This document shows, one piece after another, positions 38,014-48,990 of a stretch of 64,000 nucleotides of DNA. Source of the stretch: Syntrophorhabdaceae bacterium (GTDB lineage Bacteria > Desulfobacterota > Syntrophorhabdia > Syntrophorhabdales > Syntrophorhabdaceae); contig OY762209.1 of assembly GCA_963665295.1 (NCBI GenBank), positions 224,001-288,000 of the forward strand, given 5' to 3'. The notes under the pieces are model-generated. The model saw only the letters and a list, made by a program, of their open reading frames with translations. It was not told where the DNA came from and did not search any database. Made by a program: the position numbers and the translations under genes. Each line of letters begins with the position of its first letter. Within the stretch, counting starts at the first letter, position 1.

Positions 38014-38454
38014 ATGTCCAGTCTGAATAAGGCAATGATCATCGGGAGGCTAGGCGCGGACCCTGAATTGCGCCACACGGCGGACGGTACCGCCGTAGCG
38101 ACATTCAACGTTGCCACCACTGAAGTCCGGAAGGACAGAAACGGGAACAAGCAGGAAAAGACCGAGTGGCACAGGATCGTCGCATGGAGACGGTTAGGCG
38201 AAATCGCGGGAGAGTACCTCAAGAAGGGCCGCCTCGTGTTCGTGGAGGGCAAGATCCAGTCCCGCGAGTATGAGGGGAGAGACGGCATTAAGAGGAGGAC
38301 CTTCGAAATCGTTGCGGACAACATGCAGATGCTCGGGACCGGCGGCGCGGCGCCATCCGAGGGCTATGAAAGACGAGGCTCGTCCGGCCCACAAGGCGGC
38401 CGCATGGAAGACGATTTTATCCCCGAAATGGAGGAAGACGACATCCCCACGTAA
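38014..38454 (+). CDS. ssb: Single-stranded DNA-binding protein
   Basis: LNKAMIIGRLGADPE, TEWHRIVAW and acidic tail EEDDIPT. Confidence 0.95.
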   Translation: MSSLNKAMIIGRLGADPELRHTADGTAVATFNVATTEVRKDRNGNKQEKTEWHRIVAWRRLGEIAGEYLKKGRLVFVEGKIQSREYEGRDGIKRRTFEIVADNMQMLGTGGAAPSEGYERRGSSGPQGGRMEDDFIPEMEEDDIPT

Positions 38455-38515
38455 GTCCCGCCCGGACCCGTCCTCCGGACGGGGTGCCCCATCCGGTGAG
38501 GGATACGACAGACCC

Positions 38516-39586
38516 TTACTCTTCTTTGGCCTTGCCGGCCTGCAACTCGGGATCGGCCCTTTTCACGGAGTGTTTCAGTCCTTCCACCCGTGATTCGACA
38601 AGACCCCTGCTTTCCGCTGCCTGGACAAACTCTTTGAACTGGCCGAATCCCAGTTGGTTGAAATAGACCTTCTTCTCTATCAGTTTCGAATTCACGCTCC
38701 GATAAGAATGGTGCGTGGCTGCGTTTCCCCTGTCGAGTTCCGAAAGCACCTCGAGGAGCACCTTGAACCCCTGTTGAAGAGTACCTTCCTTCTTGAATAT
38801 ACTCGGAACCGGGTACACGAGGGCTTCAGGCCCCTTACCTTCGATGGTGACATAGCCCGCCTTCACTGCGGCTGCCACAAATTCGCTCCAGTGTGAGAAA
38901 TTCAGCTTCTTCTCGTTGAAGTTGGCATTGAGCATCTTCATTCGTATCTTGACCGATCCGATGCCGGGGTTGATCTTCTTCTTCAACATGAGGTCCGCCG
39001 CCTCGGCAAGGAGCATGAACCAGTCCTCGATGCCCATGGACGGCGCGGGTGGGGCGGCCTTCCCCTGCTGAGTCTTGTCCTCCACCGCGGGGGGGCTTTT
39101 CTCCCCGGTCTCGTCGTCGTTGCCTCCGGGCACAAGCTCCCTGTAGTCCACGTAACTGTCCGCGAGGGCGAGGAGGTCCTCGGACGCGTTCTGGGTATTA
39201 CATACGATATGGACGATCTTCCCCGCCCTCCTGAGGGCAAGGACCAAAAACCGGAAGTCGCTGTCGCCCGTGACAAGGATGAAGGTGTCTATGTGGTCGT
39301 GTATTCTCATTATCTCGAGGGTGTCGGAGACAAGTACCATGTCGGAGCTGTTCTTCCGTCCCTTAGGTATGTGGACAAGGTAAAAATATCTCCTCGTGAG
39401 CGAGGGGGCGAGCTTGGAAAAAGATGCGTTGGTCCAGTTGCCGTATGCACGGGCAGTGACTATCCTGCCTTTCGCCTCGGCGAATTCGGTGAGACCTTCC
39501 AGGAAAAGGGAATCAGACCCGGGATTCACATTCTCGAGGTCCCATAATATTGCCACATTACTCATCTTCTCTCCATTTCCCGCCAT
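38516..39586 (-). CDS. NYN (LabA/DUF88) domain protein with OST-HTH/LOTUS-like domains
   Basis: LWDLEN, KNSSD, LVTGDSDF, plus two F....L.F..(W/F).EFV.AA repeats. Confidence 0.85.
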   Translation of the reverse strand: MAGNGEKMSNVAILWDLENVNPGSDSLFLEGLTEFAEAKGRIVTARAYGNWTNASFSKLAPSLTRRYFYLVHIPKGRKNSSDMVLVSDTLEIMRIHDHIDTFILVTGDSDFRFLVLALRRAGKIVHIVCNTQNASEDLLALADSYVDYRELVPGGNDDETGEKSPPAVEDKTQQGKAAPPAPSMGIEDWFMLLAEAADLMLKKKINPGIGSVKIRMKMLNANFNEKKLNFSHWSEFVAAAVKAGYVTIEGKGPEALVYPVPSIFKKEGTLQQGFKVLLEVLSELDRGNAATHHSYRSVNSKLIEKKVYFNQLGFGQFKEFVQAAESRGLVESRVEGLKHSVKRADPELQAGKAKEE

Positions 39587-39798
39587 ATCCTGGCGGCATG
39601 ATTAACAATCAGTATACAACATTTCGGAGGGTAATGGCAGCCTTAATACTTTCACCCAGTGAAGGGGCCCTTCCTGCCCCGGAATACCCTCGGAGGGCCT
39701 TGCGAAAAATCCCTATTGATTTAGCGCCCTTTTTAGGCTATACTGAGAGTTCAATCCGGCCCCAGCGCGGTACCACCGTCAGCCACTAATGAGGGAGT

Positions 39799-41616
39799 AT
39801 GGAACAAGGTAAAATAAGAAATATTGCAATCATTGCGCACGTCGATCACGGCAAGACCACGCTCGTTGATCAGTTATTCAGACAGAGCGGACTTTTCCGG
39901 GAAAACCAGGTCGTGGAAGAACGGCTCATGGACTCCATGGACCTCGAAAGGGAGCGGGGCATCACCATCGCCTCCAAGAACGGGTCCTTCCTCTACAAGG
40001 GCCACACGATCAACATCATCGACACACCGGGCCATGCCGACTTCGGCGGCCAGGTGGAAAGGGTCCTCAAGATGGCGGACGGAGCGCTTCTGCTCGTTGA
40101 CGCCGCCGAAGGTCCCATGCCGCAGACCTATTTCGTCCTCAAGAAGGCCCTTGCCCTCCATCTGCCCATTATCGTGGTGATAAACAAGATCGACAAACCC
40201 GCGGCGCGATGTGACTGGGTGGTGGACGAGGTCTTTGACCTCTTCGTCAAACTCGAAGCGCCCGACCACATACTCGACTTCCCCGTTATCTATGCATCGG
40301 CGAAAGACGGGTACGCAACCTTTGACCACACTGCCAAGAGCGGGACCATGGTGCCTCTCTTCGATATGATAGTAGAGTCGATCCCCGCGCCTGTAGGGGA
40401 CTCTGAAGGCCCGCTCCAGATGCTCGTAAGCTCTCTCAGTTACTCCACATTCCTGGGCAGGCTCGCCATCGGAAAGATCACATCGGGCACGTTCCGCATC
40501 GACAAGGATGTGGTGGTTGCAAGACCCGGCGACAGCGCGGTCAGGCCCGCAAGGATTACAAAGATCTATCGCTTCAAAGGCACCGAGAAGGCCGAGACGG
40601 ATGAGGCCGGAGTGGGTGAGATCGTCGCGGTGGCCGGCATGGAAGCCATTACCATAGGCGAAACCCTTACCGACCCCTTAAACCCCATACCCCTCAAGGG
40701 CATAGAAGTAGACCCCCCCACCGTGTCCATGACTTTCGTTCCCAACGATTCGCCCTTTTACGGGAAAGAAGGCAGGTTCGTCACGTCCAGGCACGTGAGA
40801 GACAGGCTCTTCAAGGAAACCCTCTCCGACGTGGCCCTCGTGGTAGAGGACCTCCAGGACATGCAGGGATTCAAGGTTTCCGGAAGAGGAGAGCTTCATC
40901 TTTCCATCCTCATCGAAAAGATGCGCCGTGAAGGGTATGAATTTCAAGTAACGCGGCCTCAGGTAATCTTCAGGGAACAGGACGGCACAAGGCTCGAACC
41001 TTATGAAGAACTCACGGTCGATGTGGACGAGAACTATATGGGCAGGGTCATCGAAAACCTGGGCGGAAGAAAGGGCATTATCATCGACATGCGCCAGGAA
41101 AACGGGATGGCCAGGCTGAAATACAAGATACCGACCCGGGGGCTTCTGGGTTTCCGTTCAGAGTTCCTCACGGAAACGCGCGGCATGGGGGTCATGAACT
41201 ACGTGTTCCTCAAGTTCGACGAGTACGCGGGAGAGATCAAGAACAGGAGCAGGGGCGTGCTCATAGCCATGGAGGAATGTACTACCGTGGCATATGCCCT
41301 CTTCAATCTCCAGGAAAGGGGTAAGCTGTTCCTCGGCCCCGGCGAAAAGGTCTATGCTGGACAGATTATCGGCGAGCATTCCAGGGAAGCCGATATCATC
41401 GTCAACCCCGCGAAGGGAAAGAAACTTACCAACATGCGCGCTTCGGGTTCCGACGACGCGGTAATCCTCACGCCCCACGTCCAGATGACCCTGGAAGAGT
41501 GCATCTCCTATATCAATGATGACGAATTGGTGGAGATAACTCCATTGTCGATCAGGCTGAGGAAGATGATATTGGATGGTTTGGAGCGGAAGCGAGCCAA
41601 AAACGCCGCCGCTTGA
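39799..41616 (+). CDS. typA: Translational GTPase TypA/BipA
   Basis: [41 protein letters not shown]. Confidence 0.97.
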   Translation: MEQGKIRNIAIIAHVDHGKTTLVDQLFRQSGLFRENQVVEERLMDSMDLERERGITIASKNGSFLYKGHTINIIDTPGHADFGGQVERVLKMADGALLLVDAAEGPMPQTYFVLKKALALHLPIIVVINKIDKPAARCDWVVDEVFDLFVKLEAPDHILDFPVIYASAKDGYATFDHTAKSGTMVPLFDMIVESIPAPVGDSEGPLQMLVSSLSYSTFLGRLAIGKITSGTFRIDKDVVVARPGDSAVRPARITKIYRFKGTEKAETDEAGVGEIVAVAGMEAITIGETLTDPLNPIPLKGIEVDPPTVSMTFVPNDSPFYGKEGRFVTSRHVRDRLFKETLSDVALVVEDLQDMQGFKVSGRGELHLSILIEKMRREGYEFQVTRPQVIFREQDGTRLEPYEELTVDVDENYMGRVIENLGGRKGIIIDMRQENGMARLKYKIPTRGLLGFRSEFLTETRGMGVMNYVFLKFDEYAGEIKNRSRGVLIAMEECTTVAYALFNLQERGKLFLGPGEKVYAGQIIGEHSREADIIVNPAKGKKLTNMRASGSDDAVILTPHVQMTLEECISYINDDELVEITPLSIRLRKMILDGLERKRAKNAAA

Positions 41617-41988
41617 AATCGCTTGTATTCTTCCGTATCTCGTCGTTGCCTGCGTGCGGAGGTGTCCTCAGCGTACTATAAGTACGCCTCCGGGGACCTC
41701 CTTCTTGTCGCCTAGATATACGAAAGACTACAAGCGATTTCAGTACGTGGGTCCATGGTCGAACAAGACCATAACCTTTCCGTATATGGGGCCGCCTCCG
41801 GGGACACCCTTCTGTCGCCTGGATATACGAAAGAATACAAGCGATTTCAGTACGTGGGTCCATGGTCGAACAAACAAACTACTACAACTACAACAACTAG
41901 GGGCGTCCGCGCGGGTGCGTTTGAGACCTCCTTCCTGTCGCCTGGATATAGGAAAGGCTACAAGCCGTCTCAGTATGTCGGTCCATGG
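41614..41988. repeat. Palindromic REP/MITE-like element plus tandem array of three ~80-bp units
   Basis: Inverted repeat TGAAATCGCTTGTA/TACAAGCGATTTCA spans 41614-41742. Direct copies at 41686, 41794 and about 41925. Confidence 0.8.
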
Positions 41989-42015
41989 CGCCTTCCTGCG
42001 CGCAATGCGCGTCGG

Positions 42016-42798
42016 CTACTCCGGGGGGTGTTGCCCGGGGGCTTCACTTACGGCGGGGCTTGGATTGGCGGTTTCCCCTCCTTCCCTCACGTCCTCTATC
42101 ACGTCTTCGTACTCGGGGATCACTATGCCTCTTCTTACCATGATATTGTAAATAATCCGGCTCTTGTTTTCCACGTAGCGGCCGTTGCCGTCAACGCGGA
42201 ACTTCCTCGGGTTGGGAAGGACCGCGGCAAGGCGCGCTGCTTCCCCGGCGCTTAAGGATGAGGCGGGTTTTCCATAATAACGCTGGGATGCGGCCTCTAT
42301 GCCGAATATGCCGTCTCCCCATTCCACCACATTGAGATAGATTTCGAGAATTCTCTTCTTCGCGAGGGTCCGCTCAAGCCTCCACGTGATGACGGCCTCC
42401 TTCATCTTCCTCAGGGGGTTCTTCGAAGGGGAAAGATACAGGTTCTTTACAAGCTGCTGACTGATCGTGCTTCCCCCGAATCTGAACTTCTTCGCCAACA
42501 GGTCCTTTTCGATGGCCTTTTGCATGGCGTCCAGGTCAAAGCCGCTATGGGACCAGAATTTGTCGTCTTCCGAGATGAGCACCGCTTTCACGAGAAAAGG
42601 GGATATCCTCGTAAGGGGGACCCACTTCTGCCGTATGGCGAACTTCTTCCCCTTGCTCCTCCACTCGTCCTCGCGGATCTCCATGAGAGCTGTCTTCTTC
42701 GGGTTCTCTCTCTTCAGTTTCGAGAGGTCCGGATAAAGGCTGTAGTAGCCCAGCCCGCACAGGATGACGATAAAAAGAAGCAACACGATCTTCTTCAT
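42016..42798 (-). CDS. mtgA: Monofunctional peptidoglycan transglycosylase
   Basis: SEDDKFWSHSG, GGSTISQQLVKNL, RKMKE, ILEIYLN. Confidence 0.92.
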   Translation of the reverse strand: MKKIVLLLFIVILCGLGYYSLYPDLSKLKRENPKKTALMEIREDEWRSKGKKFAIRQKWVPLTRISPFLVKAVLISEDDKFWSHSGFDLDAMQKAIEKDLLAKKFRFGGSTISQQLVKNLYLSPSKNPLRKMKEAVITWRLERTLAKKRILEIYLNVVEWGDGIFGIEAASQRYYGKPASSLSAGEAARLAAVLPNPRKFRVDGNGRYVENKSRIIYNIMVRRGIVIPEYEDVIEDVREGGETANPSPAVSEAPGQHPPE

Positions 42799-42984
42799 AT
42801 CTCCATAGCATAATAAAATGGTGAAAAAAAGGCAAATAAGGGGAAGAACACGATTATTTCAGGGGGATTGGAACCGGTATACAATACAATGTTGACTTTG
42901 GCCGCGCTATGGAGGTATGTATACAAATCGGGTATCCGGTCATCTTATGGAATAAATCATAGTAATAACGAAAAGGAGAAATTC

Positions 42985-45627
42985 ATGGTACGCCACAAAT
43001 GCCTCATCCTCCATCTCTTCCTGGCAGCGTTCCTCTTTTCCGTCATCTTGAGCTTGCCCGCCCATGCGGCCCCCGCCGATAAAGGATCGCCCATGTATTC
43101 TGAAGCCGGGACCACTCACATAGAGGCCGCTTCGACCGACCCCCTCGACAACTGGGTATGGAGAAACCCCCTCCCCCAGCCGAATCTCCTCTCAGGCGTC
43201 GCCTACGGCAATAATATCTATGTGGCCGTGGGGTACTACGACACGATCCTTACCTCCCCCGACGGGGAGACGTGGACCTCGAGATTGTCCGGGATGGGCG
43301 TTCGATTTACCGGCGTTGCATACGGGAACAACATGTTTGTGGCCGTGGGATGTTTGTGGGGTAACACTGTGAAGGTCCTTACCTCACCCGACGGGGTGAC
43401 GTGGACCGAGGCATACTCTAAATCAACGTATCTGGAGCTTCATGGCGTCACATACGGCAACGACAAGTTCGTGGCAGTGGGGGACGACACGGTCCTTACC
43501 TCACCCGACGGGGTGACGTGGACGGAGACGTTTCTGGAGAACGGTACTTCCCTCACCGGAGTCGCTTATGGTAACGGCACGTTTGTGGCGGTAGGGAGTT
43601 ACGGCGAAGTCCTCACTTCCCCTGATGGGGTAAAGTGGACCCACAGGTCCTCGGGAATGGAAAAGTCTTTCTCTGGTATCGCTTACGCAAAAGGTTTGTT
43701 TGTAGCAGTAGGCGATTACGCGGTCTTCACGTCCCCTGACGGGGTGACCTGGACGAAGAGGATTGCAAACGACCACGTTCTCTTCAAGGGAGTCGCTTAC
43801 GGTAACGGCACCTTCGTCACAGTGGGTTATACCACGGGTCCTACCGTGCCCGGCCTTTACGCTATGGCCTTTACGTCCCCGGACGGGGTGACGTGGGCAG
43901 ACCGCCTCAGATTTGCGATAGTTCCCGGTTCGCTTTTGGGCGTCGCTTACGGCAACAACCTTTTTGTGGCGGTGGGTGGTGCCGGCGCGATCTTTATCTC
44001 CCCCGACGGGGAGACGTGGACGAAGAGGGACGGGGGCATGCGGGATCTTGGACTTAAAGGCATCGCTTATGGAAACAGCACGTTCGTGGCCGTCGGGTCC
44101 CGGTACACCTCCGAGAGTACCATCCTGACTTCTCCTGACGGGGTCGCGTGGACGGACCGGGTCCCGCGGCCGGCGTCCAAATTTAACGGTGTCACGTATG
44201 CCGTCAGGACCTTCGTGGCAGTGGGCACGGGCGGCGCGATCGCCACATCGCCCGACGGGGTGACGTGGACGGAGAGGGACACAGGGACCGGCGCCGAACT
44301 GAGGAGCGTTGTATACGGGGGAAACAAGTTTGTGGCGGGGGGCTATGAAGACACAATCCTCACTTCCCCTGACGGGGCGACGTGGACCTTAACGACCACG
44401 GGGACGGGCGAGAATTTTCAGGGCATAACCTACGGCAACGGCACTTACGTGGCCCTTAGCGTTGGTGGTGCATCTTACATCTCCCCTGACGGGGTAACGT
44501 GGACCAGGAGGCCTGCGCCGTTGTCCTTGGGTATCACCTGGGGAGTCGCTTACGGAAACGGCACGTTCGTGGCGGTAGGGGAAGACGGCATCACCACCTC
44601 ACCCGACGGGGTGACATGGACCCGAAGGAGCACAGGGACGTATGGCGGCTTCTACGCCGTTACGTACGCCGACAACACCTTCGTGGCGGTGAGAACCGAT
44701 GTCTACACCTCACCCGACGGGGTGACGTGGACCAGGAGGTTCCCCGGTATGGATTTCCGATTCAACGCCGTCGCTTACGGCGCGAAGTCCTTTGTCGCCG
44801 TGGGAGAGGTCGGCGCAATCCTCCAATCCATCGGGGGCAAAGCATACCCCCTCACCATCACAAAATCCGGCGCAGGTAACGGCGCGGTAACGAGCGATCC
44901 TCCTCGTATCTCATGCGGAGATACATGCTCCTCCACATTTACCGAGGATACGAAAGTGACCCTCACCGCTACGGCCTCCTCCGGATCGACCGTCAAATCC
45001 TGGTCGGGCTGCGTCCCCTCTTCGGGCGGATGCGTCGTGGCCATGAAGAATGCCCGATCGGTAACCGTCAAATTTGATCTCGCGGACCCCGTCAGGCTTA
45101 CCGTAGGCAAAGTAAAAAGGTCCGACGGGGACGGCACGGTGACAAGCGCCGACGGAAAGATCAACTGCGGCAGGGACTGCGTCGAATCCTATGTCTCGGG
45201 CGCCTCCGTAACACTTACCGCAAGCCCGGCGACCCTTTCCACCTTCCTTGGCTGGTCGGTCCCCGCATGCACCGGCGTCGGACCCTGTACATTCCCCGTT
45301 GAAAAGAAACAGACCGTGAAGGCCACGTTTATGGGACCCCAAACCCTCACAGTAACGAATATATCGGCAAGCAGGGGCAAGGGAACGGTTACAAGCGTTC
45401 CGGAAGGTGTAAACTGCGGCAAAACATGCAGATACAAGTTTGCCCATAATGTCTCCGTCGTCCTCTCCGCCGTTCCGGAGTCCGGGTCCTATTTCGCGGG
45501 CTGGTCTCCCGACTCCCTGTGCTCCGGCACAGGAGACTGTACGGTGGTTATGGACAAGGCGAAGAGCGTCACCGCGAAGTTCAAAAAGGGAACCGGCCCT
45601 GCCCGGGAGGAGACGGAGAACCGGTAG
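42985..45627 (+). CDS. Secreted surface protein: about 13 SPDG.TW (Asp-box/BNR-like) propeller repeats plus three InlB-B-like domains
   Basis: Repeats VAYGNGTFVAVG...TSPDGVTWT, and C-terminal G.GTVTS...I.CG..C...F.GWS..C domains. Start MVRHKC with AAGGAG RBS. Confidence 0.85.
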   Translation: MVRHKCLILHLFLAAFLFSVILSLPAHAAPADKGSPMYSEAGTTHIEAASTDPLDNWVWRNPLPQPNLLSGVAYGNNIYVAVGYYDTILTSPDGETWTSRLSGMGVRFTGVAYGNNMFVAVGCLWGNTVKVLTSPDGVTWTEAYSKSTYLELHGVTYGNDKFVAVGDDTVLTSPDGVTWTETFLENGTSLTGVAYGNGTFVAVGSYGEVLTSPDGVKWTHRSSGMEKSFSGIAYAKGLFVAVGDYAVFTSPDGVTWTKRIANDHVLFKGVAYGNGTFVTVGYTTGPTVPGLYAMAFTSPDGVTWADRLRFAIVPGSLLGVAYGNNLFVAVGGAGAIFISPDGETWTKRDGGMRDLGLKGIAYGNSTFVAVGSRYTSESTILTSPDGVAWTDRVPRPASKFNGVTYAVRTFVAVGTGGAIATSPDGVTWTERDTGTGAELRSVVYGGNKFVAGGYEDTILTSPDGATWTLTTTGTGENFQGITYGNGTYVALSVGGASYISPDGVTWTRRPAPLSLGITWGVAYGNGTFVAVGEDGITTSPDGVTWTRRSTGTYGGFYAVTYADNTFVAVRTDVYTSPDGVTWTRRFPGMDFRFNAVAYGAKSFVAVGEVGAILQSIGGKAYPLTITKSGAGNGAVTSDPPRISCGDTCSSTFTEDTKVTLTATASSGSTVKSWSGCVPSSGGCVVAMKNARSVTVKFDLADPVRLTVGKVKRSDGDGTVTSADGKINCGRDCVESYVSGASVTLTASPATLSTFLGWSVPACTGVGPCTFPVEKKQTVKATFMGPQTLTVTNISASRGKGTVTSVPEGVNCGKTCRYKFAHNVSVVLSAVPESGSYFAGWSPDSLCSGTGDCTVVMDKAKSVTAKFKKGTGPAREETENR

Positions 45628-45831
45628 CCGGGGAAGAAGCAGGCCTTCCCTTGCCTCTCTTCGGCGATATCTTCAGGGAAATGGACCCCGGTCCTGCCCG
45701 CAATGTGAAGGACCGTGCCTACCCCCTTGGGTCGGCACATAGTTTATGATATTCTGTTGAGGCGGCACAACGAACCGGCCGGCACGGCCTGTTCTCCGGA
45801 AATGGTTTTCATACCTGTCGATGGAGGGGAC

Positions 45832-47076
45832 ATGAAAAAGACTGCGAAAACGGGTATCCGCCGGGAACACTCATGGAGATTTCCCGCCGAGTTCGAGAGG
45901 CAGGAGGCGGTGTGGCTGGGCTGGGTGAGCAAGGAATACATCACGGGATACGACACGGACCCCGTGTTTCTCCAGATCGTGAAGGCCCTCTCTCCGCACG
46001 TGAAGGTGCGCGTTTGCGTTCCCCATGCGGAATACGAGCAGCACGTCAAGGAAATCCTTCACGAAAGCGGCTGCCCCATGGAGCATGTCTCTTTCTTCGT
46101 GATCCCCTTTACCATGCCTTACTGGCGTGATTTCGGCCCTATCTTCACGGTTGCCGACAAGACCGGCGTCTTGAGTATCGCCGATTTCAATTTCAACTTC
46201 TGGGGCTACCTGCCTGAAAGCCACACGGAATCCCGGATGCTGGAGCGCATTGACCGGACCGTCGCGAAATCCCTCGGCATTGGAAGCAGGATGACCCGCC
46301 TCATCAGCGAAGGAGGCGACAGGGATGTGAACGGCAAGGGCACGATCCTCCTCACGGAAGCGTGCGAGCTCAGGCGTAACCCCAATATGGCCCGGGAAGA
46401 AATCGAAGCGGAATTCACGGAGATCCTCGGCGTCACGAACTTCATATGGCTCAAGCAAGGGGCGGTGGAGGACGACGCCTACAATGCGACCGGCCTTCCC
46501 GGCCCCGGGGGCGAAGGGGTAGCCTTTCGCAGCGCCTCCGCCGACAACCACGTGGACGAATACTGCCGGTTCGTCGCGCCGGATACCGTTCTTCTCGCCG
46601 AAGTGACTGAAAAGGAGGCCGCCATGGGGCCCGTGGAAAAGGAGAACCGGCGGCGCATGGAGGAAAACTATGAAGTGCTGAAGAAAGCGCGGGACCAGGA
46701 CGGAAATCCTTTCAAGATCGTTCGGATTCCCATGCCGGAGCGGCTCTACTTCACCGCCGGTCCGTCCGACGAGACCTACGCATACCTCGCCTCTTCGGCG
46801 CATTTTGTTGATGGGACCCGCTTTCCCTTTGGCGAGCCCATAAAGGTGGTGCCCGCCCAGAGCTATTGTAACTTCCTCATTTCCAACGGCGTAGTGCTGT
46901 CACAGAAGTACTGGAAAAAAGGAATGCCCGACTCCATGAGGAAGAAAGACCAGGCAGCCCTCAAGGTCCTTCGAAAACTCTTCCCGGACCGGGAGGTCAT
47001 CCCCATCGACACCATTCCCATAAATTTCGGCGGTGGCGGTATCCACTGCTGCACCCAACAGGAGCCTCTCCCGTAA
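45832..47076 (+). CDS. aguA: Agmatine deiminase (peptidyl-arginine deiminase family)
   Basis: FPAEFE, WRDFGP, EGG, HVD, SYCNF, GGGGIHCCTQQEP. Confidence 0.9.
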   Translation: MKKTAKTGIRREHSWRFPAEFERQEAVWLGWVSKEYITGYDTDPVFLQIVKALSPHVKVRVCVPHAEYEQHVKEILHESGCPMEHVSFFVIPFTMPYWRDFGPIFTVADKTGVLSIADFNFNFWGYLPESHTESRMLERIDRTVAKSLGIGSRMTRLISEGGDRDVNGKGTILLTEACELRRNPNMAREEIEAEFTEILGVTNFIWLKQGAVEDDAYNATGLPGPGGEGVAFRSASADNHVDEYCRFVAPDTVLLAEVTEKEAAMGPVEKENRRRMEENYEVLKKARDQDGNPFKIVRIPMPERLYFTAGPSDETYAYLASSAHFVDGTRFPFGEPIKVVPAQSYCNFLISNGVVLSQKYWKKGMPDSMRKKDQAALKVLRKLFPDREVIPIDTIPINFGGGGIHCCTQQEPLP

Positions 47077-47209
47077 CACGGGGCCGCCGACAATACACAA
47101 AGGCGCAGCTTCCCGGGGACAGATGTCGTCACGGCGGCAGTGCGACGAACCCACCGGCATTTCCGCCGTTGGTCGGGGTTGTTTATGGTCCCCAGGACGG
47201 GCGGCGGCG

Positions 47210-48916
47210 CTAATGGTCGAAATGTAACGTAATAAGGTGTTTATCCTGACGGACCGTGAAACCGACATGGTCTGCGTGCCGGCGGATGAGCAGGCCGGAC
47301 ATGCACAGGACGGCATTTTCGTCCTCGAGAAGCTGCTCCGGTGACGGATATTCCCTGACGTCGGGAAACGGCTGTCCGGCGTAGGTTACCTCCACGTCGA
47401 GATTGTATTCGTCAAAACGGGCCCGCACATCTATACCCCCTTCGGATAATCTCAACATGACCATGGATTCCAGCAATTCGCTGACCGCCGCCTGCGCCCG
47501 TTGCACCACCACGCGGCGAGCGCCCCAGGCGGCGCCCCTGCCTTCCAGGAAACGCACGGCCGTGTCGATACTTGCGAGCACAGGTTCAACGCTAAGGTCA
47601 GCGCTCTGCGATGTTCCTATGCGAAATAGAGAGTTTAGGGCCACCGCGCACAGGCACGCAAGGGCAAAAGGGGACCCTACGATGCTGTACAGCCACCCCG
47701 GGAGTCTTTGCGTCAACTCCGTCATCTGAATTGCCGCCAGTCCGACAAGGATGGACATACCCACCACGAAGATACGCCGCGTATCCATCATCCTGGAGAC
47801 AATAAGCTCCATGCCCGAAGTAATGAGAAAGGCGGCGGCATAGGCCAGAATGGCCCCCATCACCGGAACCGGCATGAGCGAGAGCAGTTTGGCTATGGGA
47901 GGGACAAAGGCAGCGGCCAGAATGACCAGGGCTGCCATGGTACCGATGCGGCGCGCCGTAGCCCCTGTGGCCATGGACAGGGCGATATGAGAAGAGGAAA
48001 TGCCCGAACCGCTGGTTCCCAGGGCCCCACACAGGACGACCCCCATTCCGTCGGCCAGTATTCCCTTGCCGACATTCTCCATGTCCGGCCGGACCATCTC
48101 CGCCTGATTGATCTTCTGACACGTAATGATACCGGCAACCGAATCGAGAGAAGAAACGAGGGCGGCGATAAGGAAAGGGACCAACAGGGTCCCCTGGAAA
48201 TGCCAGTCCGGCAGGGAAAACGAGGGCAGCGCAACCAATCCTCTGCTCATGACGCCCCGAAACAAGGCGCCGTCTATTATGCCCAGCAGGAAAGAGGCGA
48301 CATAACCGGCCGATAGTCCGATCAGCAAGGAATAAAGCCGTATATGGCCCCGGGGCCATATGCTGAGGGTTACCATGAGGGACAAGGTTATGCAGGCGAC
48401 AATGACCGAACGTGGATCGACTTCATTGTTGCCATGGATTCCGAGAAATTTCGTCGCCGCCGGACCGGCCATGGTCATGCCGAGCATCGCCACCGCGACG
48501 CCGCATACCTCGGAAGGGAAAAGGCTGCGGAAACGCTTCACAAACCGTGAAAACGCCATGCTGAACGCGCCCGCGCAAAGGATCATGCCGAAGGCAAGGC
48601 CCAGGCCGCCCATTCTTGCCGCCTGAATCGCAACAGGCAGATATATGGGGCCGGTGATATGCACGGCCAGATAGCCGCTGCCTATGCCTTTCTTCCCGAA
48701 ACACTGGAGAAACGTTCCTGCGGCCACCGCAAGGATGGAGGCGGTCACGATCCTCTCCGCATCATTCAGGGTCCCCCCTGCTTCCGTGACCAGCATCAGG
48801 GGATAAACGATGAAGACAAGCGCCAGGGCGGCATGCTGCACGGCAAGCAGCAGCGTTGCCCGCAGCGGCGGTATATCATTAACCCCATAAATGATGTTAA
48901 CAGGCTTCTGTTCCAT
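47210..48916 (-). CDS. NCS2 (xanthine/uracil) permease with C-terminal soluble domain
   Basis: LAVQH, GILADG and PVPVMGA motifs, many TM segments and an extra C-terminal domain. Confidence 0.85.
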   Translation of the reverse strand: MEQKPVNIIYGVNDIPPLRATLLLAVQHAALALVFIVYPLMLVTEAGGTLNDAERIVTASILAVAAGTFLQCFGKKGIGSGYLAVHITGPIYLPVAIQAARMGGLGLAFGMILCAGAFSMAFSRFVKRFRSLFPSEVCGVAVAMLGMTMAGPAATKFLGIHGNNEVDPRSVIVACITLSLMVTLSIWPRGHIRLYSLLIGLSAGYVASFLLGIIDGALFRGVMSRGLVALPSFSLPDWHFQGTLLVPFLIAALVSSLDSVAGIITCQKINQAEMVRPDMENVGKGILADGMGVVLCGALGTSGSGISSSHIALSMATGATARRIGTMAALVILAAAFVPPIAKLLSLMPVPVMGAILAYAAAFLITSGMELIVSRMMDTRRIFVVGMSILVGLAAIQMTELTQRLPGWLYSIVGSPFALACLCAVALNSLFRIGTSQSADLSVEPVLASIDTAVRFLEGRGAAWGARRVVVQRAQAAVSELLESMVMLRLSEGGIDVRARFDEYNLDVEVTYAGQPFPDVREYPSPEQLLEDENAVLCMSGLLIRRHADHVGFTVRQDKHLITLHFDH

Positions 48917-48990
48917 AGGAGGTCGTTACGACTTGGGAGAGTATAGCAAGAATTTCGCCGCAAGGGAAAACAAAAGGAGACTCCGGTCAT

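Noticed and set aside
38516..39586. NYN protein as a defence or toxin system
   Set aside because: A solitary gene of a widespread family, with no partner genes.
41686..41988. CRISPR array
   Set aside because: Units are about 80 bp, spacers are unequal and partly repeat-derived, and there are no cas genes. Kept as a REP/MITE-like array.
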